A DNA stretch of 64,000 bases from a virus, in UHGV virus genome UHGV-0200554, one strand, 5' to 3'. The notes beneath the pieces are model-generated. The model saw only the letters and a list, made by a program, of their open reading frames with translations. It had not been told where the DNA came from and made no database searches. Position numbers and translations under genes: made by a program. This document shows positions 28,283 to 38,475 of this stretch, piece after piece (position 1 is the first letter of the stretch; each line of letters begins with the position of its first letter).

Positions 28283-28864
28283 TTAACAATGTTTATTCCA
28301 TACCGGAAGTGCGCCTGTCATATTGTAGGCCTCCTCCAGCGTTAACAATCTGCCCCACAGATCCCAACCGCAATCCATCTGCCTGCCGTAGCACTCTGTC
28401 CCAGTACCGTGATCATGCCCATACAGCTGCCTTGCACCGTAGCGTTTCTTGTTCCACGTAGCAAACTGGTAGTGGCTCATGCAGATTAGATCTTCAAAGT
28501 CTCGACATTCGTAGTAGTCAACCACTTCATGACCAAACTCTTTCATGATTCGCACTGTGGTTTCAGTATCGTGATTCCCTCGGACAAGAATAATATGACC
28601 GTTCATAATATCCAAAAAGTATTGCAGATCATGTGCAATATCTTTGTCCTTAGCACAACAAATGTCTCCCAGAAGGAACACAGTATCATCTGGAGACACT
28701 TGATCATTCCACGCAGTGATAATCCCCCTGTGCATGGAGTCCAGATTACCTTTGTACAAACCTCTGTGTTTTTGAGATGAATCAAATTTCAGGATGTTTT
28801 TATGCAATAAGTGCAGGTCTGCTGTTACGAATTTCATTCTTCGGGAACCTCCTCCCCATCCCAC
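28283..28864 (-). CDS. calcineurin-like metallophosphoesterase (Ser/Thr protein phosphatase family)
   Basis: Motifs GDICC, VRGNHDTE, GHDHG. Confidence 0.7.
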   Translation of the reverse strand: MGWGGGSRRMKFVTADLHLLHKNILKFDSSQKHRGLYKGNLDSMHRGIITAWNDQVSPDDTVFLLGDICCAKDKDIAHDLQYFLDIMNGHIILVRGNHDTETTVRIMKEFGHEVVDYYECRDFEDLICMSHYQFATWNKKRYGARQLYGHDHGTGTECYGRQMDCGWDLWGRLLTLEEAYNMTGALPVWNKHC

Positions 28865-29166
28865 GCTTTATTTTTGAAAAGTACCAGAGAGTATGCCGGA
28901 CCAGTCGCATCTTCCTGCACACTGGTGAACACACATAGTTTTTCACCCTCAATTATCTCACAATCTCTGTTCAGAGTCAATGCGAAAACACGATCACTTG
29001 CAAAATCATCTGTGCAAAGAATGAAAGCATAATCATTTTCATCGTACAAGCGCCACATCCCTGTGGCTACGATGAACGTCGGCTTAAGCTGTGTTACACC
29101 AACTTTATGCTCGTCTTTGAACACTGCTGCCATGATTGCTAAATCACCGCCATCGATTTTATTCAT
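28834..29166 (-). CDS. hypothetical protein (110 aa)
   Basis: ORF. Confidence 0.4.
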   Translation of the reverse strand: MNKIDGGDLAIMAAVFKDEHKVGVTQLKPTFIVATGMWRLYDENDYAFILCTDDFASDRVFALTLNRDCEIIEGEKLCVFTSVQEDATGPAYSLVLFKNKAWDGEEVPEE

Positions 29167-30302
29167 TTTATAATCCCCACCCTACGTAAAGTAGAAGATA
29201 AAGAAGTTTTGTCATTGAAAACACGCTTCATGTAAACAGCATCGAAAATAACGCCCATCCACTGACCAACCGAAATGTCCCGATCAATGCCGTTGAAGTC
29301 GGTGTATTTCACCCGCCCATCTGGGAACCACTCTTTGTACTGCTGGATCGTTGCTTCCCACAGCTCCAGCTCACTCTCGCATACAGACAACAACTGGAAT
29401 GCAGAAGCATCACCGAAGCGGCCTTTAGCAATCAACCCCTGATAAGGTTTGATGTTATCAGCAGTATCCCCACACAACATTTGGTAGTGGAAGAACATCT
29501 GGCCCCAGCCACCAACATCTCCATTCGGCTTCATGAAAATGTGGCCTATAGAGTCATCGATCAGCATCGGTGTTTCACGAACAAAATCGCCTTTGTCGTT
29601 ACGCATCGGATCGAACAGCAGACCAGGGGTCTGGCGTTGATCTTTATCAATACTGATCACCAGTTTGTCGAATTTACCTGTCTGTTGGTAATGTAGCCAA
29701 CCGGAGTATTGCTGGATTGCCAACCAATCATCAGCTTCCATACCATCGATCACCTGTGCGTTGAAGTGTTCCCGCAGGTATCTACGTGCATCCGGTAACA
29801 TCAGGGGTCGCAACATGTCAGCCCTGTTGGCCTTGTACTGTTCAGGCATAGGGAGATCCAGACGGAAGTTACCTTCCCCACCGAGCACGCCAATGCATCT
29901 TTCAACCGGGATACCCAAGTGGTTGAGCACAGCGTTAGCCTTGCATTTCAGTGTGTGGAGGCAATTCTCAACAGGCTCCGGTGTCTGTATATCCAGCACA
30001 TCAAAATCGTCACGGGTCCAGGGTGTAAACTCTTTACCAGCTTTTTTGCAACGTGCTTCACGGTTAGCATTCTCGGCTTTCAGCCAACCACCTACAGCTT
30101 TTTTCTGTCTTCCCCAAAACTCTGTTCTAGTTTTGAACTCTTTCTTGCGGCCTGACGCTTTGTGAGTGACCTCAATGGTTCGTTTCTCACAGCTTGCAGC
30201 AGCTTGATAAGCTACCTGATCAAAGTCGTAGTAGACCTTAGCATCAGGTTCAAGAAGATCTTTTAACTCCTCAATGGAGGTAAGTAATGGGTAGTCTCTC
30301 AA
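29163..30302 (-). CDS. 5'-3' exonuclease / flap endonuclease (RNase H, T4 rnh / T5 D15 type)
   Basis: 5'-nuclease motifs GEGNFRLDL, YKANR, GMEADD. Confidence 0.7.
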   Translation of the reverse strand: MRDYPLLTSIEELKDLLEPDAKVYYDFDQVAYQAAASCEKRTIEVTHKASGRKKEFKTRTEFWGRQKKAVGGWLKAENANREARCKKAGKEFTPWTRDDFDVLDIQTPEPVENCLHTLKCKANAVLNHLGIPVERCIGVLGGEGNFRLDLPMPEQYKANRADMLRPLMLPDARRYLREHFNAQVIDGMEADDWLAIQQYSGWLHYQQTGKFDKLVISIDKDQRQTPGLLFDPMRNDKGDFVRETPMLIDDSIGHIFMKPNGDVGGWGQMFFHYQMLCGDTADNIKPYQGLIAKGRFGDASAFQLLSVCESELELWEATIQQYKEWFPDGRVKYTDFNGIDRDISVGQWMGVIFDAVYMKRVFNDKTSLSSTLRRVGIIK

Positions 30303-30314
30303 AGTATCCTCCTG

Positions 30315-30902
30315 TTATTTGCCGCTATAAATTTTATTGAACAGCACATCATCCCCGTTACCGAGCATTTCACCGTAAGCATCACCAAACCTTCCAGCAA
30401 TAGCTTCAAGCGGGTACAGTATTGTTTTATCCAGTTCAACCAAAGCCATACCGTAGCGCTCTGCGTAATGTTTTAGTGCACGGTGCAATGAGTCATCATC
30501 GTATTGAGATTTCTTAACATCACAAACTTTTCTGATGGCCTGCATATCAAAGAAACCTTTCTGATACCATTGTAGCATCAGTTGTCTGCGCTCATCAACA
30601 ATAGTTTCTACCTCATGCAACACCTCATCAAGAGCATAGCCCTCTTTATGTGTGGAGGATTTACCACATTTAATGTAGTTACCATCTTTGCGTGGGGAAA
30701 TTGTTTCGTGTTTCTTCTCCTCCTCCTGTGCAGGGGGTTTCAACCACAGGTCGGGGTGTTTACGGTCCTTAATATCAGAGTGATTTCTCTGATAACCATG
30801 TGTCCATGTGAACGTTTTACCAGGAATTTCGTATTTTTTGGCAAGTTCTTCACGATCTTTATCGTCTGTCACTTTCATAGTAGTCTCCATGTGCAATTTC
30901 AA
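30315..30902 (-). CDS. hypothetical protein (195 aa)
   Basis: ORF. Confidence 0.45.
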   Translation of the reverse strand: MKLHMETTMKVTDDKDREELAKKYEIPGKTFTWTHGYQRNHSDIKDRKHPDLWLKPPAQEEEKKHETISPRKDGNYIKCGKSSTHKEGYALDEVLHEVETIVDERRQLMLQWYQKGFFDMQAIRKVCDVKKSQYDDDSLHRALKHYAERYGMALVELDKTILYPLEAIAGRFGDAYGEMLGNGDDVLFNKIYSGK

Positions 30903-30937
30903 CGATCAAAGCCAGGGACTAGCCCTGGCGATTGTTG

Positions 30938-31642
30938 TTACAGTTCGTCAACATCTACAAAGCTCGAAGGCTTCATGATCTTTCCTTTTCCATCAAGGAA
31001 GATGAAGCGTTTTTCACCTCTGTAGTATATTTCTGAGCAAGTGAAACCAGTATAACGCCCTTCGAATCGGTTTGTCAACTCTTTTAGCTCCAAACCTACC
31101 AGTGACGGAATATCTACCTGCACAGCAGGGACACCGTGTGCTGCACGAAGGTTCTGCAATGTGGCAAATTTACTGTCGTTTGATTCCAGAACTTTTTTCA
31201 TCATACCTTCAGTATCGCCACGGAGCTGGAACAGCAGAGCAGTTGACATACGGCAAAGTTTAGCAACGTTCATCGACTGATGATCACCAACCATCGCACG
31301 ACTTAGGAGATGCATAAACGTTCCAATTTCAAACTTACTTTCTGTGTCACGCTCGAATAATTCCTTCCAGACTAGTGTCTCACGGAGCAAGTATCCGGCG
31401 TAGCTTGTCACTACGAAGAGATCACAAGCCTCTTTCATCAAATGATCAATATCACCTTTGTCAATTGCTTCCAGTACCTCATTGAACTCTTCTTCTACAA
31501 AATTTAGTTGCAGATCCAGAGGTGTAAACTTACCGCCTTTGGCTTGTGTGGCAGCAAGGTTCCATTCCCGTACATGATCAGCGGCCCATGTGAAATTATC
31601 GCTAAGTGAAAGTTCTTCCAGTTTACGGTACAGTTTAATCAT
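30938..31642 (-). CDS. putative all-alpha NTP pyrophosphohydrolase (MazG-like), low confidence
   Basis: EExxEVLEAI..D-type motif (VEEEFNEVLEAIDKGD). Confidence 0.35.
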   Translation of the reverse strand: MIKLYRKLEELSLSDNFTWAADHVREWNLAATQAKGGKFTPLDLQLNFVEEEFNEVLEAIDKGDIDHLMKEACDLFVVTSYAGYLLRETLVWKELFERDTESKFEIGTFMHLLSRAMVGDHQSMNVAKLCRMSTALLFQLRGDTEGMMKKVLESNDSKFATLQNLRAAHGVPAVQVDIPSLVGLELKELTNRFEGRYTGFTCSEIYYRGEKRFIFLDGKGKIMKPSSFVDVDEL

Positions 31643-32136
31643 TGTTGTGAAGCCCCTTTTCGTTCAAGTTTAGCAATCAATATCCCCACCAACACAACCG
31701 CAATGCATTTTACCCCAAACTGCATAGCCATAACACCTGGCATAATCTCAAGGAATGCAACCGGACTGAATATTAATGCATCCACAGCAGCAGTGCAGAT
31801 ATTTACAACCACTATGTTATCTGTGAATCTATAAAGTATGTTGGCAGCACCGCAGCTTGCTACAACAGCTACAAAGCAACCTATCGCGGCCTGTGTGGCA
31901 ACAGGAGATACAGCAGCTGTAACCATACCAGCTATTGCCACCATGCTTATAGACCAGAATGCTCCATACTGGTGGATCACGTTGTCACGCAGAAACATGT
32001 TTGCAGCAACACAACAAGAAGTCGTGATCGGGATAACCATCCATCCCCAAACACCAACTGCAATGTTACACAGTGTGAAGATCAGTATGTATAGTAATGC
32101 TTTTTGCAGCATTGGCATCCGATCTATGATCGCCAT
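31639..32136 (-). CDS. multi-pass integral membrane protein (possible small-molecule transporter)
   Basis: Four to five hydrophobic helices. Confidence 0.5.
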   Translation of the reverse strand: MAIIDRMPMLQKALLYILIFTLCNIAVGVWGWMVIPITTSCCVAANMFLRDNVIHQYGAFWSISMVAIAGMVTAAVSPVATQAAIGCFVAVVASCGAANILYRFTDNIVVVNICTAAVDALIFSPVAFLEIMPGVMAMQFGVKCIAVVLVGILIAKLERKGASQQ

Positions 32137-32140
32137 TTGA

Positions 32141-32785
32141 CTACCCCCTTATAAGATCTTCAGCTATCTCTACCCGTCGTGAGACTATCCTTTGATCATA
32201 GTCGAGATAACCATCCTTCACTTTACTCAAGATTCTTTCAGCTTTTAATTTATTTTTAACAGCTATGGCTTCCTCCAATGTGTTACAGCTTTTGCTTTTA
32301 CCACGACCATCACGAACTTCATATTTTTTACAAGGAGTTATACGTATACCTGGTGGATAGTCTGAAGCCTTTTTACCTCTCCTGGTCAACAACATATTAT
32401 TTACATCCAAAGGAACAAAACAGCAGGTGTCTCTACTATACTCCTTTCTACCACTCTTATTAAGAATGTCTTTATCTAAAGCATAGTTTCTACCATACTT
32501 ATCCTTCATGTGATACCCCGGGGCTGTTTGGCAAAAATCACAAAAATCTTGAAAATCCTTAAAACAATTTTTTACTCCAGCATAAGTGGGCTTATTTTTC
32601 TGGTAAGCCGACCCCAACCTTGTTCTCTGTTTAATATTAAACCATATCATACCTGCTTTTGTTACAACTTTGTAAGATTTATCACCTACAACAACTTCAA
32701 CACAGTGGCACCATGTACCGTCTCTAAATTTAAAGTCAAAATCTAACAAATACCACTCTACAGGTTTTCTATTTCTCTTTTTCAT
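32141..32785 (-). CDS. putative free-standing homing endonuclease-like protein with C-terminal AP2-like motif
   Basis: Basic Cys/His-rich protein between ligase and membrane gene; TLEEAIAVKNKL; weak. Confidence 0.4.
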   Translation of the reverse strand: MKKRNRKPVEWYLLDFDFKFRDGTWCHCVEVVVGDKSYKVVTKAGMIWFNIKQRTRLGSAYQKNKPTYAGVKNCFKDFQDFCDFCQTAPGYHMKDKYGRNYALDKDILNKSGRKEYSRDTCCFVPLDVNNMLLTRRGKKASDYPPGIRITPCKKYEVRDGRGKSKSCNTLEEAIAVKNKLKAERILSKVKDGYLDYDQRIVSRRVEIAEDLIRG

Positions 32786-34059
32786 TCTAAAACCCCCCAG
32801 GTAATTGGGTCTACATCCCGTGTTGCTATACCTGTAGGGAAACTGGGTATACCATCTTCTGTGAGAGCCTGGTACTTAAACGTAATAAATTTTCCTTTCA
32901 GGTTAGCCATCCTCCAGTACAACCGTTCACCATGTGTGCCTTTCATTTTACACTTAAATACTTTACCATTTTTTAGCTGGCAAATCAAGACACCTTCACC
33001 GTTTTTATCCTCTTCAGCACCGATGACTTTGGCCTCATCTGTGTTAAATTTCTTCCATTTCAAAGCGTTACATGAACGTTGACCGTATTCATATTCACCG
33101 CAGAAATTACGCAGTACTGTACCTTCATAACCTTCAGCCATGTAACGGCCTACAGATTCTTCACATTCTTCAACTGTGTGGAACAGTTCCGGTTCAGCAG
33201 TGAAGATGTGGTCAAGATCTTCAATGAAATCTTTGATGCCGAGAAGATCTGCACAACGTCCATGCTCTGTTTCAGGATCCCACCACACTTTGTTACTTGG
33301 AATATCAAAAATGTGGTATTGCAGATCGTAGCTTGAGTAACCACCGTAACGCATGTCATCACGCACAGGTTCGACTTCAACAGGAAACTCTTCTTTGTTG
33401 AAGTTCAGATATGTCTGTTTTCCTGCCTTAATCGCAGCCTGACGACGTTTTATGTCGGCAGCATAGTCTTTATCGATCTCGGCTTGAATCTCTTCCTGTG
33501 TGCGCCAGCGTTTCGCCAGAGACACTATTTTCTGCAACGGCAGACCATGAATGTAAATCTCACCATCAAAACGGCTGAAGCCTGTGCGGATACGGAGCTG
33601 TTTCAGCTGTTTGATAATGTCACCTTCGATAGGGTACGATTTGTTACCGCGTGAGATAAACACTGGAGTATCCCCTTCGAAGTTTACCAGCAGTCGCAGA
33701 CCATCCAGTTTGTGCGATCCCCAGCACGGTAGAATAAGCGATTTACCACGTTTCAGGTAGTCATGTACCAGCATAGGAATCAGGTTTTCTTCCACCACAA
33801 GGCTGCTTTCGTCTTCAACGTATCCCAGGCGAACTTGCTTCTCCCACTTGCTGGTTGCTTCCAGAACGGCCTGTTGTTCTGGGGTAGTCTCGTTGGCACG
33901 ACCTACGTTTTTAGCTTTGCAGATCGTCTCTTTGTACTGCATTTTACCATCTTTCTTGCCGAACTCAACTATTACTTTTTCACCCTCTGTAAACACTTTC
34001 CACTGCTGTACGCTTCCGTCGCGGTTAAGTGCATAGAGGGTTGTTTTTACTTGATTCAT
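32782..34059 (-). CDS. ATP-dependent DNA ligase
   Basis: Adenylation motif I KLDG (SHKLDGLRLL); start set at Met 9. Confidence 0.75.
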   Translation of the reverse strand: MNQVKTTLYALNRDGSVQQWKVFTEGEKVIVEFGKKDGKMQYKETICKAKNVGRANETTPEQQAVLEATSKWEKQVRLGYVEDESSLVVEENLIPMLVHDYLKRGKSLILPCWGSHKLDGLRLLVNFEGDTPVFISRGNKSYPIEGDIIKQLKQLRIRTGFSRFDGEIYIHGLPLQKIVSLAKRWRTQEEIQAEIDKDYAADIKRRQAAIKAGKQTYLNFNKEEFPVEVEPVRDDMRYGGYSSYDLQYHIFDIPSNKVWWDPETEHGRCADLLGIKDFIEDLDHIFTAEPELFHTVEECEESVGRYMAEGYEGTVLRNFCGEYEYGQRSCNALKWKKFNTDEAKVIGAEEDKNGEGVLICQLKNGKVFKCKMKGTHGERLYWRMANLKGKFITFKYQALTEDGIPSFPTGIATRDVDPITWGVLE

Positions 34060-34073
34060 GTATGGTGCTCCTG

Positions 34074-34388
34074 TTAATACCAAAATTCTGTCACTGTGTA
34101 GTACAACGCATCTTCACTTGTTGCACACAAGAAAACTACGTTCCATTTACTTCCTTTTACAAATCTTTTCTGATCCACACCTACTACCTGGTTCACCTTC
34201 ACCCCTTCCATATCACCCAGCTGGAGAACATCGTTCGGCTGGATGTAAACCTCATGCAGACCTTTCTTGCGCTTCAAAGCTATTACCATAGTGTTTAGGC
34301 CATGAGAAATCTCTTTAATATCATCAGGTTCAAGGTGGTGAACTCTATACGTGTACATACTACTCTCCTTATTCTGTGTGATTATCAA
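34074..34388 (-). CDS. hypothetical protein (104 aa)
   Basis: ORF. Confidence 0.4.
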   Translation of the reverse strand: MIITQNKESSMYTYRVHHLEPDDIKEISHGLNTMVIALKRKKGLHEVYIQPNDVLQLGDMEGVKVNQVVGVDQKRFVKGSKWNVVFLCATSEDALYYTVTEFWY

Positions 34389-34436
34389 TTATACCCAAAA
34401 CACCAACGTATTGTCAAGTAGAAATAGCCCAGAGGA

Positions 34437-34634
34437 TTACTCCTCCAGGCAAGCTGCACCGTTTTCTTCCTCGAACTCATATCCGGCGACCACAAGATCT
34501 ATCAGCCGGATCGCCAGACCACCATTAGGTGAATCCACCATTAAGTCCCAACCTTCAAGGTAGGCGTAGTAAACACCACCTGTTGAGAACAGGTAATCAC
34601 CTATTGCTGGTGTTTTCGTACATTTTACAAACAT
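34437..34634 (-). CDS. hypothetical protein (65 aa)
   Basis: ORF. Confidence 0.35.
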   Translation of the reverse strand: MFVKCTKTPAIGDYLFSTGGVYYAYLEGWDLMVDSPNGGLAIRLIDLVVAGYEFEEENGAACLEE

Positions 34635-34738
34635 CTCTACACCTTTTATTCGCCTTCAAAAGATTTCTTTTGCAATTCATCAATAGCGTAGCTAACGATG
34701 AGATCTATCTGTTTTTAAGTAATTTCATCTTAAGCCCT

Positions 34739-35071
34739 CTATTTTGCAGATTTCCTTGCTACTTTCTTCGTAGCTCTGCGGCGTTTGTGGTAGATATCAA
34801 GAACAGCGTTCTCCTGGGCACATGTTTTGACTGTTTTCAGGTTGTAGGCTTGCGCTATCGGAAGATTCAGTTCCCACCAGCCAAGCCAGTATAGCTCACT
34901 CTCTGTGAGCTTCTCCTCCTTTGCTTTTCGGTACAGCTTCTGCATACCCGCGATAATATCATCGAGCGGGGTATCAAACACAAAAGCTGTTTTATCAAAA
35001 GGTGCTTTCTTCGGCTGTTTTGCCTTAGGCATCTTCCACCTCCTTAAATATCTGGTGCATCGATTCATCAC
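34739..35071 (-). CDS. hypothetical basic protein (110 aa)
   Basis: ORF. Confidence 0.4.
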   Translation of the reverse strand: MMNRCTRYLRRWKMPKAKQPKKAPFDKTAFVFDTPLDDIIAGMQKLYRKAKEEKLTESELYWLGWWELNLPIAQAYNLKTVKTCAQENAVLDIYHKRRRATKKVARKSAK

Positions 35072-35294
35072 TCATCACCAGAAAATCCCCAAAGAAGTCC
35101 ACCAGCCAATCACCACGATGGAGAACATACCCACCAAAATCATCATCGATGAGGGCTTGTGGTCGGAAATCTCTCGTCCGTACAGCATGACGAACAAACA
35201 CCCCAGTATCGTGCCAGTGTTGCAATTCAGACACGCTTGTGCTTGAGCCATCAAACTGGTGTGCTTCAATCGGTTTAATCAGTTCAAATTTCAT
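35025..35294 (-). CDS. hypothetical protein (89 aa)
   Basis: ORF. Confidence 0.4.
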   Translation of the reverse strand: MKFELIKPIEAHQFDGSSTSVSELQHWHDTGVFVRHAVRTRDFRPQALIDDDFGGYVLHRGDWLVDFFGDFLVMSDESMHQIFKEVEDA

Positions 35295-35569
35295 TCCGGT
35301 AACTCCTCAACAGGGTAAACTAACAGGTGGCAATCATCATAACGCACATTCATATGTTGCCAGCAGATAAATCGGATCGCTACAAGGTTGATCAAGTTAC
35401 GATCACCGTGCAGGCCGACACAGACATTACGCCAGTTACTACCATTCACCACACAGGTGTCAAAGTACAATTTTTCATCAAACTTGTGTTCAATATCCTG
35501 AACAATACCTTTCAGAGCGGCAAATTGTCCACCGAACACGAAGTCTCCTTCGAGATCTTTCAGTTTCAT
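35291..35569 (-). CDS. hypothetical protein (92 aa)
   Basis: ORF. Confidence 0.4.
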   Translation of the reverse strand: MKLKDLEGDFVFGGQFAALKGIVQDIEHKFDEKLYFDTCVVNGSNWRNVCVGLHGDRNLINLVAIRFICWQHMNVRYDDCHLLVYPVEELPE

Positions 35570-35570
35570 C

Positions 35571-36044
35571 TTAGTTACCTTTTGCGTAATTCTCCAACCA
35601 CGAAAAATCAGTTTCCCAGACCTTGATCTTGCTTAGTTCTCTCCACTCTTCGAAGCACGCTTCATAATACTCCTGTGCCTGCTGTTCTGTCAACCAGTTT
35701 ACGTCAGCAAAATGTTTTCTTGCACGGAGATAAACATCCCTGCCGAGGCAATTGCAGCGGCCAGGATGCACACTCATATGGCAGTCTGGGCACAATGCGA
35801 TCAGACCCACACAGGTGATCTTGTGATCTTCGAACAGGTACAACTCGTGGGCTTCCACAGGATGTTTAGGTCCTTTACCACCACAGACTTCGCATCTGTA
35901 CTCTGCTTCTTTGTAACAGCGTTTACGGGCTTTATCCCACAAGCCACGACCGATAGCTTCACGTCCTGCTACCCCCCACAGCGGTTTAGGGATAAGCTGA
36001 ACGATCAGCATTTTCTCTTCACGCATTTTACGACCGTCTTGCAT
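35571..36044 (-). CDS. Cys/His-rich putative zinc-binding protein; first gene of leftward block
   Basis: CEVCGG...CPDCH; promoter-proximal position. Confidence 0.45.
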   Translation of the reverse strand: MQDGRKMREEKMLIVQLIPKPLWGVAGREAIGRGLWDKARKRCYKEAEYRCEVCGGKGPKHPVEAHELYLFEDHKITCVGLIALCPDCHMSVHPGRCNCLGRDVYLRARKHFADVNWLTEQQAQEYYEACFEEWRELSKIKVWETDFSWLENYAKGN

Positions 36045-36087
36045 GTAGCACCTCTCTTCTTATGCATACTCTTACCAGTAGGCGAAC

Positions 36088-36122
36088 CATAACATAATTT
36101 TCATTTGCTGTCAATACTGATT
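36088..36122 (-). promoter_or_regulatory. candidate leftward sigma70-like promoter (TTGACA-17-TATGGT on minus strand)
   Basis: Read from reverse complement upstream of 35571..36044. Confidence 0.4.
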
Positions 36123-36717
36123 TAAACGCTCTCAAACGCTCTGTAACGCTGTTGGTAGTTTAGTAATGCAACTGTAGCACTTAGTCACTATTAGCTCACC
36201 ACAGAAGCTACCAGAGGCCTCAAAGCCGATTTCTGGTGTTGGGATAAGGTTGAAGCGGCGGCGCAGACTTTCGACGGCTCCTCCCGGCAGCTTCGCTTTT
36301 CGCCGTCATCCCACATTAGCACCTCCCTCACGGTCGGTGATCTTCCCACACAACTCAGGCAGCTCTGTTGTCACAGACCTGCTATGTACCCACATACATC
36401 TTCTGGATTGTTGATAATATAATATAAAATTTATTAAAACAATCCAGAAAAATAACCACCCACAGCCTGATCATCTGCTACAAAGCACTGCTTTGTCACT
36501 CCAGTGCTGTTGTCAGTGGATCATGATAATAATTATCATTAAGAAAGAGATCATTGATCAATTTGTAACATGCATAAAAAGTATGTTGAAGAGAGATCAT
36601 GGAGGTGGTGGTAAATACCACAGAACTACCATCAAACAGACAGCGGAGGGTGTGCTTGGTATTAGCACCCACCTCCTAGTCTATTTTCTTTCTTTAGAAA
36701 GAAGAAAATAGTTAGGT

Positions 36718-36832
36718 GGGCCATTATTTGGCCCTTAGAATTCAGTTTAAGGGCCATTATTTGGCCCTTGGAAGCGTTTTAAGGGCCATTATTTGGCCCT
36801 TGGATTGACTTTTATGGGCCATTATTTGGCCC
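36718..36832. repeat. four tandem 17-bp palindromes GGGCCATTATTTGGCCC (36718-34, 36751-67, 36783-99, 36816-32), 32-33 bp apart
   Basis: Exact copies; each can form a 6-bp stem hairpin or a dyad-symmetric protein site. Confidence 0.7.
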
Positions 36833-37024
36833 TTAGAATCACTCATATTGGTGGGATTTATGGTATTTTCTGTTTATTGTCAAACAGTTATAACAGTATT
36901 TCATTCTGTTGGTATCTTTATATAGACCGATCAGTCTATTACAACTATTTAACAAATGCCGACACTGTACAAAATTTCTGAGTTTTCATGTTTGACATTT
37001 CGTTAACAAATCACCAATACAGTA

Positions 37025-37699
37025 TTATTTTCTTCTTTGAGGGAAGGGTATGTGGTCATATCCTTTCCCTGCATTATCATTCACCCATTTCAGGAAGTCT
37101 ATTCTGTCTTCGAACACGTATTTCAGGTCACAACCCTCTGTACGGTACAGCATCAGGTAGTTCACCTGATTGGCATCTGGTAATTCATTCACCATTGCCA
37201 GGCGACGTGCTGGTACTCTCGTGCACAGATTTTTACCATCTTGTGGTTGCCTGCTGATCACAAGGCCAATTGACTCCAGGAACTTGATACTTTCTGCTAC
37301 CTTCCGGTTCCTGTTGTGGTTCTTGTCATATGGCAATCCTGCTTCCATAGCGATTACATGTGTGGAATCCCCGCACCAGTTGTTCCTGTGCATATCTTCA
37401 TAGCTTGTCTGCTTACGAATCTGGTAGCATTTGAACTGGATTCTGTTCTGATCAGCAAGATGACTCAACACTGCCTTGTCAATATTGGTCAGAAACAGGC
37501 AGCTTTTCTCTGCCCACACACTACCAGCCTCAGGGATTCTTCGCTTATCGAAATCTTTCCTGTTGGTCACATCTGCCGGATTTTTCACCCACACAGCAAA
37601 CAGGTTGTCAACCTTCCGATGACAATCGTCGTTGCCAAAGCAGATGTTTTTGTTGAACCAGTTCTCCAGTACGCTTGATTTGATCTCTTGTTCTGCCAT
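37025..37699 (-). CDS. hypothetical protein (224 aa), isolated leftward gene
   Basis: Complete ORF; no motif recognised. Confidence 0.5.
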   Translation of the reverse strand: MAEQEIKSSVLENWFNKNICFGNDDCHRKVDNLFAVWVKNPADVTNRKDFDKRRIPEAGSVWAEKSCLFLTNIDKAVLSHLADQNRIQFKCYQIRKQTSYEDMHRNNWCGDSTHVIAMEAGLPYDKNHNRNRKVAESIKFLESIGLVISRQPQDGKNLCTRVPARRLAMVNELPDANQVNYLMLYRTEGCDLKYVFEDRIDFLKWVNDNAGKGYDHIPFPQRRK

Positions 37700-38175
37700 C
37701 TCTGTTACCTTCTTCTGTTTTTAACAGAGTATAGCAGGCACAAGGCCTGCTGTCAATGTTCACTCGTCACGTAATGCTTTGATCATCTGTTCGAAGAATC
37801 TCCTTGCATCGTCGTAGTGCTTGTTCAGGAGTGCTTCTTTATAGTAGTAACGATAAACAACGTATTCAACGCCACGCATATGCCACCTCACTTGTTGTCA
37901 GCTTCAATCATCAGGAGTAATGCATCTTTGAACCCCATAAAAAGAACGCCACAGCGAATTTGCGGGTACGCCCTCAGGATTGGGAGCATGTACACCTTCT
38001 CTTCGTCACAGAACGTTTGAACGCTGTAGAATACGATTCTTCTCATGGTGGTTTCCTCCTATGTGTGCAAAACATATCACACCTTGTTGTGGAAGTCAAG
38101 AATAAAATCATGTTGACAACGAGATCAGGATGTGTTATCGTTCGCCAACAAGCGGATAAATGGAGGACTCATAAC

Positions 38176-38475
38176 ATGATTAGTCAAGAAACAGTACACG
38201 ATATGGCACTGGCATTCATCCGTGAGGGGTGTGATGTGTGTTACATACCAAACCCTCGCCATCAGAATGACCCTGAAGACCCATCTATTTATCTTTCTGT
38301 ATCTGGCAGAGGAATGGACCATCTTATCTATCTCGGACTGAGTAGTAAGAGAAGGGATGAATATATTGAAAAATACCAGCAGGCAATTGATCAGGCAAAA
38401 GAAGACGCACATGGTGAACAGATGTACAATTTTATTCCTGGTTTGGACGATTGTAAGGATGGAGGTGCTTTATGA
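38176..38475 (+). CDS. hypothetical protein (99 aa; track ORF 37960..38475 trimmed to RBS-linked ATG)
   Basis: GGAGG RBS before ATG 38176; stop overlaps next start. Confidence 0.45.
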   Translation: MISQETVHDMALAFIREGCDVCYIPNPRHQNDPEDPSIYLSVSGRGMDHLIYLGLSSKRRDEYIEKYQQAIDQAKEDAHGEQMYNFIPGLDDCKDGGAL

